The notes under the pieces: model-generated
Database searches by the model: none
Told to the model about the DNA's origin: nothing
What the model saw: only the letters and a program-made list of their open reading frames with translations
Position numbers and translations under genes: made by a program
NCBI GenBank assembly: GCA_963833095.1
Contig: CAWHWQ010000002.1
Span: forward strand, 160,001 to 224,000
Length of the DNA stretch: 64,000 nt
DNA from: Vulcanimicrobiota bacterium
GTDB taxonomy: Bacteria > Vulcanimicrobiota > Vulcanimicrobiia > Vulcanimicrobiales > Vulcanimicrobiaceae
Direction: 5' to 3'
Shown here: positions 46,940-56,931 of the stretch, piece after piece
Layout: every line of letters begins with the position of its first letter
How positions within the stretch are numbered: position 1 is the first letter of the stretch

Positions 46940-47259
46940 TCCTTGTCGGACTGTTCGTCGCTCCGTTTTTTCTTCGCTTCGGCGATTAATTTCTTGACCT
47001 TCTGGCCACCCTTATGTCCGATTTCTTCGTAAAAGTCGGCGCCGTACTTTTCCTTTACGACCTGGCCACCTTTTTGTCCGATGGTCTCATAAAATTCGAC
47101 ACCGTGACGATCGCGCGTGGCTTTACCACCTTTACGACCGATTTCTTCGTAAAAGGTGGAGCCATAGCGATCGCGTACGGTGTCGCCGCCTTTTTTGCCG
47201 GCTTCACGAACCGACATTTCCTTGGCCGCATCGTCCTCGCCGCTTTTTTTCCCTGGCAT
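46936..47259 (-). CDS. KGG-repeat general stress protein (GsiB/Em-like)
   Basis: MSVREAGKKGG plus 20-aa repeats FYEEIGxKGG. Confidence 0.9.
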   Translation of the reverse strand: MPGKKSGEDDAAKEMSVREAGKKGGDTVRDRYGSTFYEEIGRKGGKATRDRHGVEFYETIGQKGGQVVKEKYGADFYEEIGHKGGQKVKKLIAEAKKKRSDEQSDKD

Positions 47260-47265
47260 AGCGGG

Positions 47266-47472
47266 TTACGACTTGCGCTTAGGTTTCTGACCGCCTTTTT
47301 GACCAATGACTTCGTAGAAGGACGGACCGTACTTGGTTTTCGTTGCCTCGCCGCCTTTGCGGCCGATTTCTTCGTAAAACTCAGTACCGTATTTCGCCTT
47401 GACCCGCTCGCCGCCGCGGCGACCCGCTTCACGAACACTCATGCCGCCTTGCGGCTCTTCTTGGATCGACAT
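47266..47472 (-). CDS. KGG-repeat general stress protein (short paralogue)
   Basis: MSVREAGRRGG, FYEEIGRKGG, FYEVIGQKGG. Confidence 0.9.
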   Translation of the reverse strand: MSIQEEPQGGMSVREAGRRGGERVKAKYGTEFYEEIGRKGGEATKTKYGPSFYEVIGQKGGQKPKRKS

Positions 47473-47516
47473 CTGGGTTTCGTCCCCCCATAACAGAAAA
47501 GGATACGCACCTACAT

Positions 47517-47541
47517 ATGCCCATACGCCCGCTCGCTAAAC
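47517..47541 (-). promoter_or_regulatory. Putative SigB-type promoter GTTTAG-N13-GGGCAT
   Basis: Minus strand, upstream of the KGG genes; near match to the Bacillus SigB consensus. Confidence 0.6.
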
Positions 47542-47556
47542 CCAGGAGTTTGTACA

Positions 47557-48717
47557 ATGATTTCGACGGTCATCGTGGGCGGCACGATTATTGACGGTAC
47601 CGGTCGTCCGCGCTTCACCACCGATCTTGCAATTGCGGGTAAGCGAATCGCGCGAATCGGCGACTGCAGCGAGGTCGACGCGCCGCACCGCGTCGATGCA
47701 CGAGGCGCAATCCTGGCGCCCGGGTTCATCGACACTTGCGCCTACGCCGGTTTGAGCGGACGCTCGCTTCCTCGCCCCGACTCGAAGACCGCCCAGGGCA
47801 TCACCGGCGAAATCTTTACAGAACAGCCGGCTGCTATGCGCGCGATCGTGCGCCTGCGCGACTACGGACGCGAGCTGCACGACGCTCTCGACGAAGCCAT
47901 CGACGCCGCACGTCGCGCGGAGGCGCCGCTGCACATCGAACATCTGCACGTTGAAGGCCGCGAGCGGTGGGGGACGGTCGATCGCGCGCTCGAGCGCATC
48001 GAGCGTGCGCGCGCATCCGGCCTCGACATTACCTGCGACGTATATCCATACACCGCGACCTGGATCGATTTGCGCGAACTGCTCCCGCCGTCACTCGATA
48101 TCGCCGACTGCGACGACGAACGCATCGCCGCCGCTGCCGCACTCGAAATGACCGCGCGCCTGGGCGATATTTGGCGCGATCTCATGCTTGCGGAAGTCTC
48201 GAGTGAAGAGCGCTATGCGTGGTGCGGCATGCGCTTCGACGAAATCGCCCGACAGATGCGACTGCTTCCTGCACGCGCAGCGATCGAGTTTGCGCGTCTC
48301 GACGGCGATCGCGCGCGCGCTTTCTATTTTTGCATGAACGAAGAGGATGTCGCGACCGTGCTCTCCGCAGGATTCTGCACGATCGGCACGAGCACGCGGG
48401 CACTTTCCTTCAATGACGAACGTTACGGTCTCGTGCACCCGCGAGCATTTGGGACCTTTCCCCGCGTAATCGGGCGTTTCGTCCGGCAACGGCGCACGCT
48501 TGCGCTCGAGGAGGCGATCCACCGCATGACGGGTCTTGCGGCCCGGGCCTTTGGGCTGGATGGGTTGGGGGAACTGCGCCCTGATGCGCGCGCCGATCTC
48601 GTCCTTTTCGATGCTGCTGAATTCGTCGATACCGCGACCTACGAGAAACCGGTATCGGCACCGCTCGGGTTGAAGTCGGTTTGGATCGCCGGAGAAGCGA
48701 CGGGGGGGCCACTTTAA
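47557..48717 (+). CDS. N-acyl-D-amino-acid deacylase homologue, shortened and with degenerate metal ligands
   Basis: IIDGTG, LAPGFID, DVYPYTA, HPRAFGTFPR, EEAIHRMT, ADLVLFD, D.ATY..P. Confidence 0.85.
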   Translation: MISTVIVGGTIIDGTGRPRFTTDLAIAGKRIARIGDCSEVDAPHRVDARGAILAPGFIDTCAYAGLSGRSLPRPDSKTAQGITGEIFTEQPAAMRAIVRLRDYGRELHDALDEAIDAARRAEAPLHIEHLHVEGRERWGTVDRALERIERARASGLDITCDVYPYTATWIDLRELLPPSLDIADCDDERIAAAAALEMTARLGDIWRDLMLAEVSSEERYAWCGMRFDEIARQMRLLPARAAIEFARLDGDRARAFYFCMNEEDVATVLSAGFCTIGTSTRALSFNDERYGLVHPRAFGTFPRVIGRFVRQRRTLALEEAIHRMTGLAARAFGLDGLGELRPDARADLVLFDAAEFVDTATYEKPVSAPLGLKSVWIAGEATGGPL

Positions 48718-49332
48718 ATGCTCGCGCTTGCCGCGCTGACGCTCTCGCTGCAATTACGGCAGACCAGCTTCGACTTGCTCGACGGCGTCTCGATCGAGGT
48801 CGCGACGCATAACACCGCGTCCACGCCGGCCGTCGTCAAGTTCGCTCAACCGCCCGAGTACGAGATCGACGTGCTGCGCGGCAATGACGTCATCTGGAAG
48901 AACTCCACCGAAGTGCCGGTCGAGGCGACCTTCCCAGTGCACACCCGGCAGTTTGTGCCGGGGCCGAGCGTGCTCGTCGTCTACATTTGGAATGCAACCG
49001 AATCCGACGGATCTTCGCCGAGCCCCGGTACGTACACGGTGCGCGCTCGGCTTTTGGGCCAGGGCGTTACGCCCGAGGCCAGCGCAAAGCTGCACTTTAT
49101 CGAGCCCGTTCCGGTCACCGCACTCGAGCATCTCAAACAAGGCGACACGGTGACAATCGCCGGGACGCTCGACGCGACCAAAGGCATTCTGACCGACTCA
49201 ACCGGGACGATCCCCCTTGGACGACGGCTCTTGAACGCGCCCGCCGGCACCGTCGCCGTGCGCGGGTATCTGCTCCGGCGCGTCGGCCGTCCAAGCGTTT
49301 TCTTCGTGCAACGCTGGGCGCCGATGCAATGA
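48718..49332 (+). CDS. BsuPI-like Ig domain protein with a C-terminal OB-like region
   Basis: N....V.F..PPEYEIDV...VIW.NS...WN.....PGTYTVRA pattern. Confidence 0.6.
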   Translation: MLALAALTLSLQLRQTSFDLLDGVSIEVATHNTASTPAVVKFAQPPEYEIDVLRGNDVIWKNSTEVPVEATFPVHTRQFVPGPSVLVVYIWNATESDGSSPSPGTYTVRARLLGQGVTPEASAKLHFIEPVPVTALEHLKQGDTVTIAGTLDATKGILTDSTGTIPLGRRLLNAPAGTVAVRGYLLRRVGRPSVFFVQRWAPMQ

Positions 49333-51251
49333 CGCGGGAGTGGCTCTGCGCGAACGGCTTGGGCAGTTATGCATCCGGCACGCGCAGTGACGCGCTGACG
49401 CGACGCTACCACGGACTGCTCGTCGCAGCGCTCGACCCACCGCTCGGACGCCGCGTGCTTTTCAGCAAACTCGACACCTCGGTGGAGTATTGCGGCAAGC
49501 GTACCGACCTCTCCGCAAATCGCTGGCAAGACGGGACGCTGGCGCCGCACGGCGATGTCACGATCGTCGATTTTCGTCTCGAAGGCGCCGTGCCCGTCTG
49601 GACCTACGCCGTCGCCGACGCCCTACTCGAACGACGTATCTGGATGGAGTACGGCGCTCATACCACGCACATCGAGTGGACGCTACGCGACGCGAGCGCA
49701 TCGATGGATCTGACGCTCAAGGCTTACGTGAACGATCGCGACTACCACGCGCTCACCGCGGCCTACGACGTTGCCGACGTCGCGCGCATCGACGGCGAGC
49801 TGGTCACCGTGCGCATGGGCGAGGGCATGCCGTGGTACTTGCGCGCGCCGGGCGCGCAATTCGAGGAAGGCCAGCAGTGGTACTACGGCTTTCGCTACGA
49901 CGCCGAAGCGGAACGAGGACTCGACGATCGCGAGGATCTCTATCACGCGGTGACGATTCACGCGCAACTGCCGGCGCCCGGCGCGACGCTACGCATCAGC
50001 GCATCGCTGGATTCCACCGAACCGGCCGCGCGCAATCCACACGCGCGGGAGAGCGAGCTGCTCGAGCGCTGGCGCAAAGCCCATCCAGCGATCGAGAATG
50101 CTCCGCAATGGATCGAGCGCCTCGTTCTCGCGGCCGACGCGTTTATCGTCGCACGCGCGGTCGACGGTGTGCCGGGATCAACCGTCATTGCGGGCTACCA
50201 CTGGTTCGGCGATTGGGGGCGCGATACGATGATCGCTCTTCCCGGACTCGCGCTTAGCACCGGACGCGTCGACGTCGCGCGCACGATTCTCGAAACTTTC
50301 GCGCGCTTCATCGATCGAGGGATGCTGCCGAACCGTTTCCCCGACAGCGGCGCGCCGCCTGAATATAACACCGCCGACGCGGCGTTATGGTTTATCGAGA
50401 CCGTGCGCCTCTATCACGCCGTCACGCGCGACCGCTCGCTGATCGAGTCGCTCTTTGACACCTTACACGAGATCATCGCGTGGTATGAGCGTGGGACCCG
50501 CTACGGCATCGCGGTCGATCCGCGTGACGGACTCATCCGCGCGGGTGAACCCGGCGTGCAACTCACGTGGATGGACGCCAAAATCGGCGACTGGGTCGTG
50601 ACGCCACGCATCGGCAAACCAATTGAAATCAACGCCTTGTGGTACAACGCGCTGTGCACGATGGACGGGTTCGCGCAGCTGCTCGGACGCGATACCTCGC
50701 GCTATCGCGCGCTCGGTACGGCAGCGCGCGCATCGTTCGAGCGTTTCTGGAATCCGGCCGAGAAGTATCCCTACGACGTGCTCGACGGACCCGATGGTAA
50801 CGATACGTCGATCCGGGCGAATGCCGTGTACGCGGTCGCCTTGCCGTTTCGAGCCTTCGAGAGCCTGCGCGAACGCGCGATCGTCGACCGTCTTGAACAC
50901 GAGCTGTGGACCCCAATGGGATTGCGCTCGCTCTCGCCCGCCGATCCGGCATACACCGGGCATTACGGGGGCTCACCGCACGATCGCGACGCCGCCTATC
51001 ATCGCGGCACTGCGTGGCCCTTCCTCGCGGGAGCATTTGCCCGCGCTTACGCGAATGCTTACGGGGACCGGACACGCGCGCTGCGCTTCATCGACGCGCT
51101 GGGTTCACGCTTGGATAGCTACGGCATGGGAACACTAGCCGAAATCGCCGACGGCGACGCGCCCAACGAGGCTCGCGGCTGCATCGCCCAAGCCTGGAGC
51201 GTCGGCGAAGTACTACGCACCTGGCACGCCTTACAGGGGAGCGAGGAATGA
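49329..51251 (+). CDS. Amylo-alpha-1,6-glucosidase (archaeal/eukaryote-type glycogen debranching enzyme)
   Basis: REWL.ANGLGSYASGT, TRRYHGLL, IAGYHWFGDWGRDTMI, LTWMDAK, GCIAQAWS. Confidence 0.93.
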   Translation: MTREWLCANGLGSYASGTRSDALTRRYHGLLVAALDPPLGRRVLFSKLDTSVEYCGKRTDLSANRWQDGTLAPHGDVTIVDFRLEGAVPVWTYAVADALLERRIWMEYGAHTTHIEWTLRDASASMDLTLKAYVNDRDYHALTAAYDVADVARIDGELVTVRMGEGMPWYLRAPGAQFEEGQQWYYGFRYDAEAERGLDDREDLYHAVTIHAQLPAPGATLRISASLDSTEPAARNPHARESELLERWRKAHPAIENAPQWIERLVLAADAFIVARAVDGVPGSTVIAGYHWFGDWGRDTMIALPGLALSTGRVDVARTILETFARFIDRGMLPNRFPDSGAPPEYNTADAALWFIETVRLYHAVTRDRSLIESLFDTLHEIIAWYERGTRYGIAVDPRDGLIRAGEPGVQLTWMDAKIGDWVVTPRIGKPIEINALWYNALCTMDGFAQLLGRDTSRYRALGTAARASFERFWNPAEKYPYDVLDGPDGNDTSIRANAVYAVALPFRAFESLRERAIVDRLEHELWTPMGLRSLSPADPAYTGHYGGSPHDRDAAYHRGTAWPFLAGAFARAYANAYGDRTRALRFIDALGSRLDSYGMGTLAEIADGDAPNEARGCIAQAWSVGEVLRTWHALQGSEE

Positions 51252-53890
51252 TCGAGCCACCGACCGCCGAGCACGGCCGCATGTTCGAGCATGCCGAGCG
51301 CCATAAGTGGCGAGCGTGGGGACCGTACGTAAGCGATCGGCAATGGGGAACGGTGCGTGAGGACTACAGCGCGACCGGCGAAGCGTGGGACTACTTTCCG
51401 TTCGACATCGCGCATCAGCGCGTTTATCGCTGGGGTGAAGACGGCATCTTCGGTATCTCCGACCTTGCCCAGCATCTGTGCTTTGGCCTCGCGATGTGGA
51501 ACGGCAACGACGACCGCATCAAGGAGCGCCTTTTTGGTCTTTCCGGATCGCAAGGCAATCACGGCGAGGACGTCAAGGAGTACTACTACCACCTCGACAA
51601 CCTGCCGTCGCACGCTTACATGCGCGCGCTTTACAAGTATCCGCAGGCCGCGTTTCCATATCGCGATCTAATCGAAGAAAATCGCCGCCGCTCGCGCCAG
51701 CAGTCCGAATACGAATTAATCGATACCGGGATCTTCGACGACAACGCCTACTTCGACGTCGAGATCGAATACGCCAAGGCCTCGTTCGACGACATCCTCA
51801 TTCGCGTGCACGCCACCAACCGCGGATCCGCGGCGCACGCCCTGCACCTGCTGCCGACACTGTGGTTTCGAAACGAGTGGTCCTGGCGCGAAGGCATCGA
51901 GCGTTCTTCGATCGAGCTGCGCCACCACGTACACGGCATTCACGCGGTGGTCGCACATCAAGGCAATCTCGGTGACTACTGGTTCTACGCCAAGGACGCA
52001 ACGGCGATGCTCTTTACCGAGAACGAGACGAACTTCGAAAGCCTCTACGGTGTGCCTAACCGAATGCCGCGTGTTAAAGACGGTGTCGGCCGTTTTCTCG
52101 TGCACGGCGAAGCCGCTGCCGTCGACGATATCCGCGGCACCAAGTGCAGCGCCCACTATTCGATGACACTCGGACCAGGTGAGACGCGTACGATCGAGCT
52201 ACGCCTTTCAAAAGACGTTCACGATCCGCCCTTTGGTGCCGCGTTCGACAGCGCGTTCACGACACGAATCGAGGAAGCCGACGCGTTCTACGAGGAGATC
52301 AACCCCTTTCACGCCGACACGGAAGCGCGGCGCGTACAGCGACAGGCCTTTGCCGGCCTTCTATGGACGAAACAGTTCTATCACTACAACGTGCCCCGTT
52401 GGCTTCACGGCGATCCCCTCCAGCCCACGCCGCCGGAACAGCGGCTTTCCGGGCGCAACCATGAGTGGAGCAACTTCGATTCGGCCGAGGTCATGTCGAT
52501 GCCGGACAAGTGGGAGTATCCTTGGTTTGCCGCGTGGGACCTTGCCTTTCACACGGTTGCGTTCGCGTTGATCGATCCGGCGTTTGCCAAAAGCCAGCTG
52601 GTGCTGCTTGCGCGCGAGTGGTTCATGCATGGCAACGGTCAGCTCCCCGCCTACGAGTGGGCCTTCGGCGACGTGAACCCTCCGGTTCACGCATGGGCGG
52701 CGCTGCGCATTTACCACATCGAGCAAAAGGAGCACGGGCGCGGCGACATTGCGTTTCTCGAACGCATCTTCCAGAAATTGCTTCTCAATTTCACGTGGTG
52801 GGTCAATCGCAAAGATGCGCAAGGAAACAACGTCTTTCAAGGCGGCTTCCTGGGCCTGGACAACATCGGCGTCTTCGACCGCAGCAAGCCGCTGCCCACC
52901 GGCGGATTCTTGAATCAATCCGACGGCACGAGTTGGATGGGCGTGTATACGCTCAATATGCTCGCGATCGCGATCGAACTTGCGATGCACAACAATGTCT
53001 ACGAAGACATTGCGATCAAGTTCTTCGAGCATTTTCTCTACATCGCCGACGCGATGAATCACCTCGGCGGATCGGGCCTATGGAATCACGAAGACGGTTT
53101 TTACTACGATATGCTGATGCTCGATGACGGCCAAACGATGCCGATGCGCATTCACTCCATGGTCGGGCTGCTTCCATTGCTCGCCGTCGAAATCATCGAA
53201 CCCGAAGAGTTCGATGCGCTGCCCGAATTCAAGCGCCGCGTCGAGTGGTTTATCAACCATCGTCCCGAACTGGCGCGTAACGTTGCAAGCATCGATGAGA
53301 TGGGCGTCGGGCAACGCCGCTTGCTCTCGATCGTCAGCCGCGACCGATTGGCGCGCATTCTCAAGACGATGCTCGACGAGGACGAGTTTCTCAGTCCGTA
53401 CGGGCTGCGCGCACTCTCCCGCTATCACAAAGAGCATCCCTTCGTTCTCCGCTTGGACGGACACGAATACCGAGTCGATTACGAGCCGGCCGAATCGACG
53501 AGCGGACTCTTCGGCGGCAATTCCAACTGGCGCGGGCCGGTTTGGTATCCGCTCAACTACTTGCTGATCGAAGCGCTCCAGAAGTTCCACTACTACTACG
53601 GTGGCACGCTCAAGGTTGAGTCACCGACCGGAAGCGGCAACATGTGCGATTTGTGGGAGGTCAGTGCGATGCTCTCCAATCGACTCATCAATCTCTTTCT
53701 CCCGGACGAGAACGGCCATCGTCCCGTGTTCGGCGGGGTCGAGAAATTCAATACCGAGCTTTGGCGCGACAACATCCTGTTTTACGAATACTTCCACGGC
53801 GACAACGGGGCCGGGATCGGGGCCAGCCATCAGACCGGCTGGACGGCGCTGGTTGCAAAGCTCATCGAACAGCGCAGCGAATACGGTTAG
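51248..53890 (+). CDS. MGH1-like / GH63-related glucosidase
   Basis: WGPYVSDRQWGTVREDYS, MPDKWEYPWFAAWD, GGNSNWRGPVW, EYFHGDNGAGIGASHQTGWT. Confidence 0.92.
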   Translation: MIEPPTAEHGRMFEHAERHKWRAWGPYVSDRQWGTVREDYSATGEAWDYFPFDIAHQRVYRWGEDGIFGISDLAQHLCFGLAMWNGNDDRIKERLFGLSGSQGNHGEDVKEYYYHLDNLPSHAYMRALYKYPQAAFPYRDLIEENRRRSRQQSEYELIDTGIFDDNAYFDVEIEYAKASFDDILIRVHATNRGSAAHALHLLPTLWFRNEWSWREGIERSSIELRHHVHGIHAVVAHQGNLGDYWFYAKDATAMLFTENETNFESLYGVPNRMPRVKDGVGRFLVHGEAAAVDDIRGTKCSAHYSMTLGPGETRTIELRLSKDVHDPPFGAAFDSAFTTRIEEADAFYEEINPFHADTEARRVQRQAFAGLLWTKQFYHYNVPRWLHGDPLQPTPPEQRLSGRNHEWSNFDSAEVMSMPDKWEYPWFAAWDLAFHTVAFALIDPAFAKSQLVLLAREWFMHGNGQLPAYEWAFGDVNPPVHAWAALRIYHIEQKEHGRGDIAFLERIFQKLLLNFTWWVNRKDAQGNNVFQGGFLGLDNIGVFDRSKPLPTGGFLNQSDGTSWMGVYTLNMLAIAIELAMHNNVYEDIAIKFFEHFLYIADAMNHLGGSGLWNHEDGFYYDMLMLDDGQTMPMRIHSMVGLLPLLAVEIIEPEEFDALPEFKRRVEWFINHRPELARNVASIDEMGVGQRRLLSIVSRDRLARILKTMLDEDEFLSPYGLRALSRYHKEHPFVLRLDGHEYRVDYEPAESTSGLFGGNSNWRGPVWYPLNYLLIEALQKFHYYYGGTLKVESPTGSGNMCDLWEVSAMLSNRLINLFLPDENGHRPVFGGVEKFNTELWRDNILFYEYFHGDNGAGIGASHQTGWTALVAKLIEQRSEYG

Positions 53891-55160
53891 ATGGCCCGCT
53901 ACCCGCACATCCCCTCACACGTCGTGATCCTTTCCTTCGAGGGCCCGGATCGTTATTCGATGGTGGGTGGCCTCGGCGTGCGCGTGAGCGAACTGGCGAT
54001 CGCGCTCGACGAAGCGAGCATCAAGACCGACCTGATCTTCGTCGGCGATCCCAATCTCAAACCCGTCGAATCGCGCGGGAACACGCTGACGTGGCGCCGC
54101 TGGTGCCAGTGGATCTCGGCCCATCATCCGCTGGGCGTCTACGACGGCGAGTGGGGCAAGATGGAAGATTATCGCAATTCGGTTCCATCCTTTCTCCTCG
54201 ATGAGATCCTGCGGCCCGCGGACGCGCGCGGTTCGCGCGTGCTGGTGATGGCCGAAGATTGGCAGGTCGTACCAGCGGTCTTGACCCTCGACCGAATCGC
54301 GCGCGAGGCGGGATTGCGCGACGCCCTCACGATCGTTTGGAATGCGAACAACACCTACGGCTTTGCGACCATCGACTTTCACGCGCTGGCGCAAGCGGCA
54401 ACGATGACGTGCGTGAGCCGCTACATGAAGTTCGAGCTCGCGCAGCATGGCGCGCAAGCGCTGGTGATTCCCAACGGCATTCCCGAGCGCGTCTTCGCGG
54501 AAGCGAGCGCCGCCGGCGCGGCCTATCTACGTCGCATGCTTGGCAACCGTCACATGCTGCTCAAAGTTGGCCGCTTTGATCCCGACAAACGCTGGCTGCA
54601 AGCAATCGATGCCGTCGCCGACCTGCGCGCGCAGGGCGTTCCGGTGCAGGCTCGTTGTGCGCGGCGGCAAGGAGCCGTACGCTGCGGAGGTCTTCGCCCG
54701 CGCGCACGCCCGCGGTCTCGTAATCGACGACGTGCACCTCGAGGCACCGTCGGCCGAATCACTGGCCGGCGTGCTGGCGAACTCGCACGCCGACGTCGTC
54801 AACATTCGCAGCTTTCTACCCGACGAGTTGCTCTACACGCTCTATGCAGCGGCCGACGCCGTTCTGGCCAACAGCGGGAAAGAGCCCTTTGGCCTGGTGG
54901 GGCTCGAGGTCATGGCCTCGGGCGGTGTCGCGGTCTGCGGCTCGACCGGTGAAGACTATGCGCGTGCGTTCGACAACGCGATCGTCTGCGACACCGCCGA
55001 TCCCGCCGAACTTGCTAGCTATCTCGAACGGCTGTGGAGCGATCCGGGGCAGCGCGAACGCTTGATCGAAAGCGCCAACGCCACCGCGCGACAATTCACG
55101 TGGCCGTGCGCTCTCGATATTCTCGACGCAAAACTCGCGTTTGTGAACCTCGGCGCGTGA
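53891..55160 (+). CDS. Glycosyltransferase family 4 protein (frameshift near 54650)
   Basis: SFEGPDRYS.VGGLG, IPNGI, KVGRFDPDK; second frame has EPFGLVGLEVMASG. Confidence 0.85.
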
Positions 55161-56428
55161 GCGAGCTCCAAACCGATGTCGTTGTTCTTGGCGCAGGAGC
55201 AGCGGGACTTGCCGCTGCACGCCGCCTGCACGAACGCGACATCAACTTTCTGGTGCTCGAAGCGCGCGACCGCGTCGGCGGTCGCGCCCATACGCTCTCC
55301 TCGATCTACGGTTCCTATCCGATCGAACTCGGTGCCGAATTCATCCATGGAGCCGCAGCATCAACGCGCGCATTGATGCGTGAGATCGGCGAAGAGGCTG
55401 TCCCGAGCAGTGGACGATCCTTTCGCATGGAAAGAGGCCGGCTCGAACCCGAGTCGGATCGTTGGTCGACGACCGAGCGCGTGTTACGCCGCGTCGATAT
55501 TAGCGGGCCCGATCAAAGCGTCGCCGCGTTCCTCGATGCCATTCCGCCCGAAGACCTTTCTGCCGATCAACGCGCGGACGTATGCGGGGTGGTCGAGGGG
55601 TTCGACGCCGCAAACGTCGGGGACGCAAGCGTCATCGGCATCGCCAATGAATGGCGCAGCGGTGTGAATGACACCGCACATCGCCCGCTGCGCGGCTACG
55701 CTCCGGTGATGCAGCACTTGGCCCGTATCGCCGGCGAGCGCCTCCATTTGCAAACGGTGGTGACGCGCGTCACATGGTCGCCTCATGATGTCACCATCGA
55801 GGCGACGCGCGACGGTGAGCCGCTACGCGTGCGCGCGAAACGCGCGATCGTCACCTTTCCGGTCGGCGTACTCCAAGCCCACGAAGCGCTCTTCGCGCCC
55901 GCACTTCCCCCAGCAAAGCGTGCCGCCATCGACGCGATCGCCATGGGTCCGGTGTTCAAAGTCATGCTTGAATTTCGGACCGCCTTTTGGGACCGGGTTG
56001 AGAACGGACGCTATCGCGACGCCGGCTTTTTTCAACTGAACGGGCCGCTGCGCGCGTTATGGGCACGTTTTCCCGATCGCTCGCCGGTGCTCTCGGGATG
56101 GGCGGGCGGCGGCGCGGTGCAGCGGCTGGTCGAGCAAGGTGTTGATCCCGTTGCAGCGGCTCTTGCCACGACCACAACGCTCTTTCCGACGGTTGACGTC
56201 AGCGCCGAGCTGCGCAACACGTATCTTCACGACTGGCAAGCGGATCGGTTTGCGCTGGGTGCGTACAGCTATCTTCGCGTCGGCGGCGCTGACGCGCGCG
56301 AGCGCCTCGCCCATCCGATCGGTGACACCTTGTTTTTTGCGGGCGAAGCCGCCTCGAGCGACGACTCGGGCACGGTCGCCGGCGCGCTCGACAGCGGCTA
56401 TTTGTCGTCGGAGTTGATCGCCAAGTAG
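55157..56428 (+). CDS. Flavin-dependent amine oxidase family protein
   Basis: VVLGAGAAGL, LEARDRVGGR, ELGAEFIHG, GAYSY, FFAGEA, GTVAGA; GTGA overlap. Confidence 0.9.
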   Translation: MSELQTDVVVLGAGAAGLAAARRLHERDINFLVLEARDRVGGRAHTLSSIYGSYPIELGAEFIHGAAASTRALMREIGEEAVPSSGRSFRMERGRLEPESDRWSTTERVLRRVDISGPDQSVAAFLDAIPPEDLSADQRADVCGVVEGFDAANVGDASVIGIANEWRSGVNDTAHRPLRGYAPVMQHLARIAGERLHLQTVVTRVTWSPHDVTIEATRDGEPLRVRAKRAIVTFPVGVLQAHEALFAPALPPAKRAAIDAIAMGPVFKVMLEFRTAFWDRVENGRYRDAGFFQLNGPLRALWARFPDRSPVLSGWAGGGAVQRLVEQGVDPVAAALATTTTLFPTVDVSAELRNTYLHDWQADRFALGAYSYLRVGGADARERLAHPIGDTLFFAGEAASSDDSGTVAGALDSGYLSSELIAK

Positions 56429-56931
56429 GTCACGACGTCCCACGCGTTGTGAATGCCGACAAAGATCAGCAGCATCGTCGACGCTGCTACCACATACGAC
56501 GCATCGTCTGGAATGAGCGGGAGAGAAAAACTCCCTGCGCAGAGCATAAGATACGCGATAAACGGCAGAATGATAAACCAAATCCAGTCGCCTCGATCTG
56601 CGTTGTATGTCGTGAGTTTGCGCGCGCGATATCCCGTGTTCACGGCATAGGCGGCTCCAAAAAGGCCCGCGAGGCCGATCAAAATAGCGGCGTAGACCGC
56701 CGAGTGCCACGGCGCGGCAAAGATACCGGAGACGAAAAACGCGGCGCAAAAATGCACCACTGTCGGCGAGCTGAAGATCGACGTTCCGTCACTCGTCGTC
56801 GAGATGGCCGTGCGCCGCCGATCGGCCGCAAGTGTTACGACGATAAACACGAGGCCCGTCAATGCCGCCGACGACGATCCGGCGATGACGTAAAAGTTCT
56901 CCCACGCTTTGAAGATCGATGGCTCGTTCAT
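56398..56931 (-). CDS. Hypothetical multi-pass membrane protein
   Basis: WENFYVIAGSSSAALTGLVFI...GIHNAWD; several TM helices; coupled to the upstream gene. Confidence 0.8.
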   Translation of the reverse strand: MNEPSIFKAWENFYVIAGSSSAALTGLVFIVVTLAADRRRTAISTTSDGTSIFSSPTVVHFCAAFFVSGIFAAPWHSAVYAAILIGLAGLFGAAYAVNTGYRARKLTTYNADRGDWIWFIILPFIAYLMLCAGSFSLPLIPDDASYVVAASTMLLIFVGIHNAWDVVTYLAINSDDK

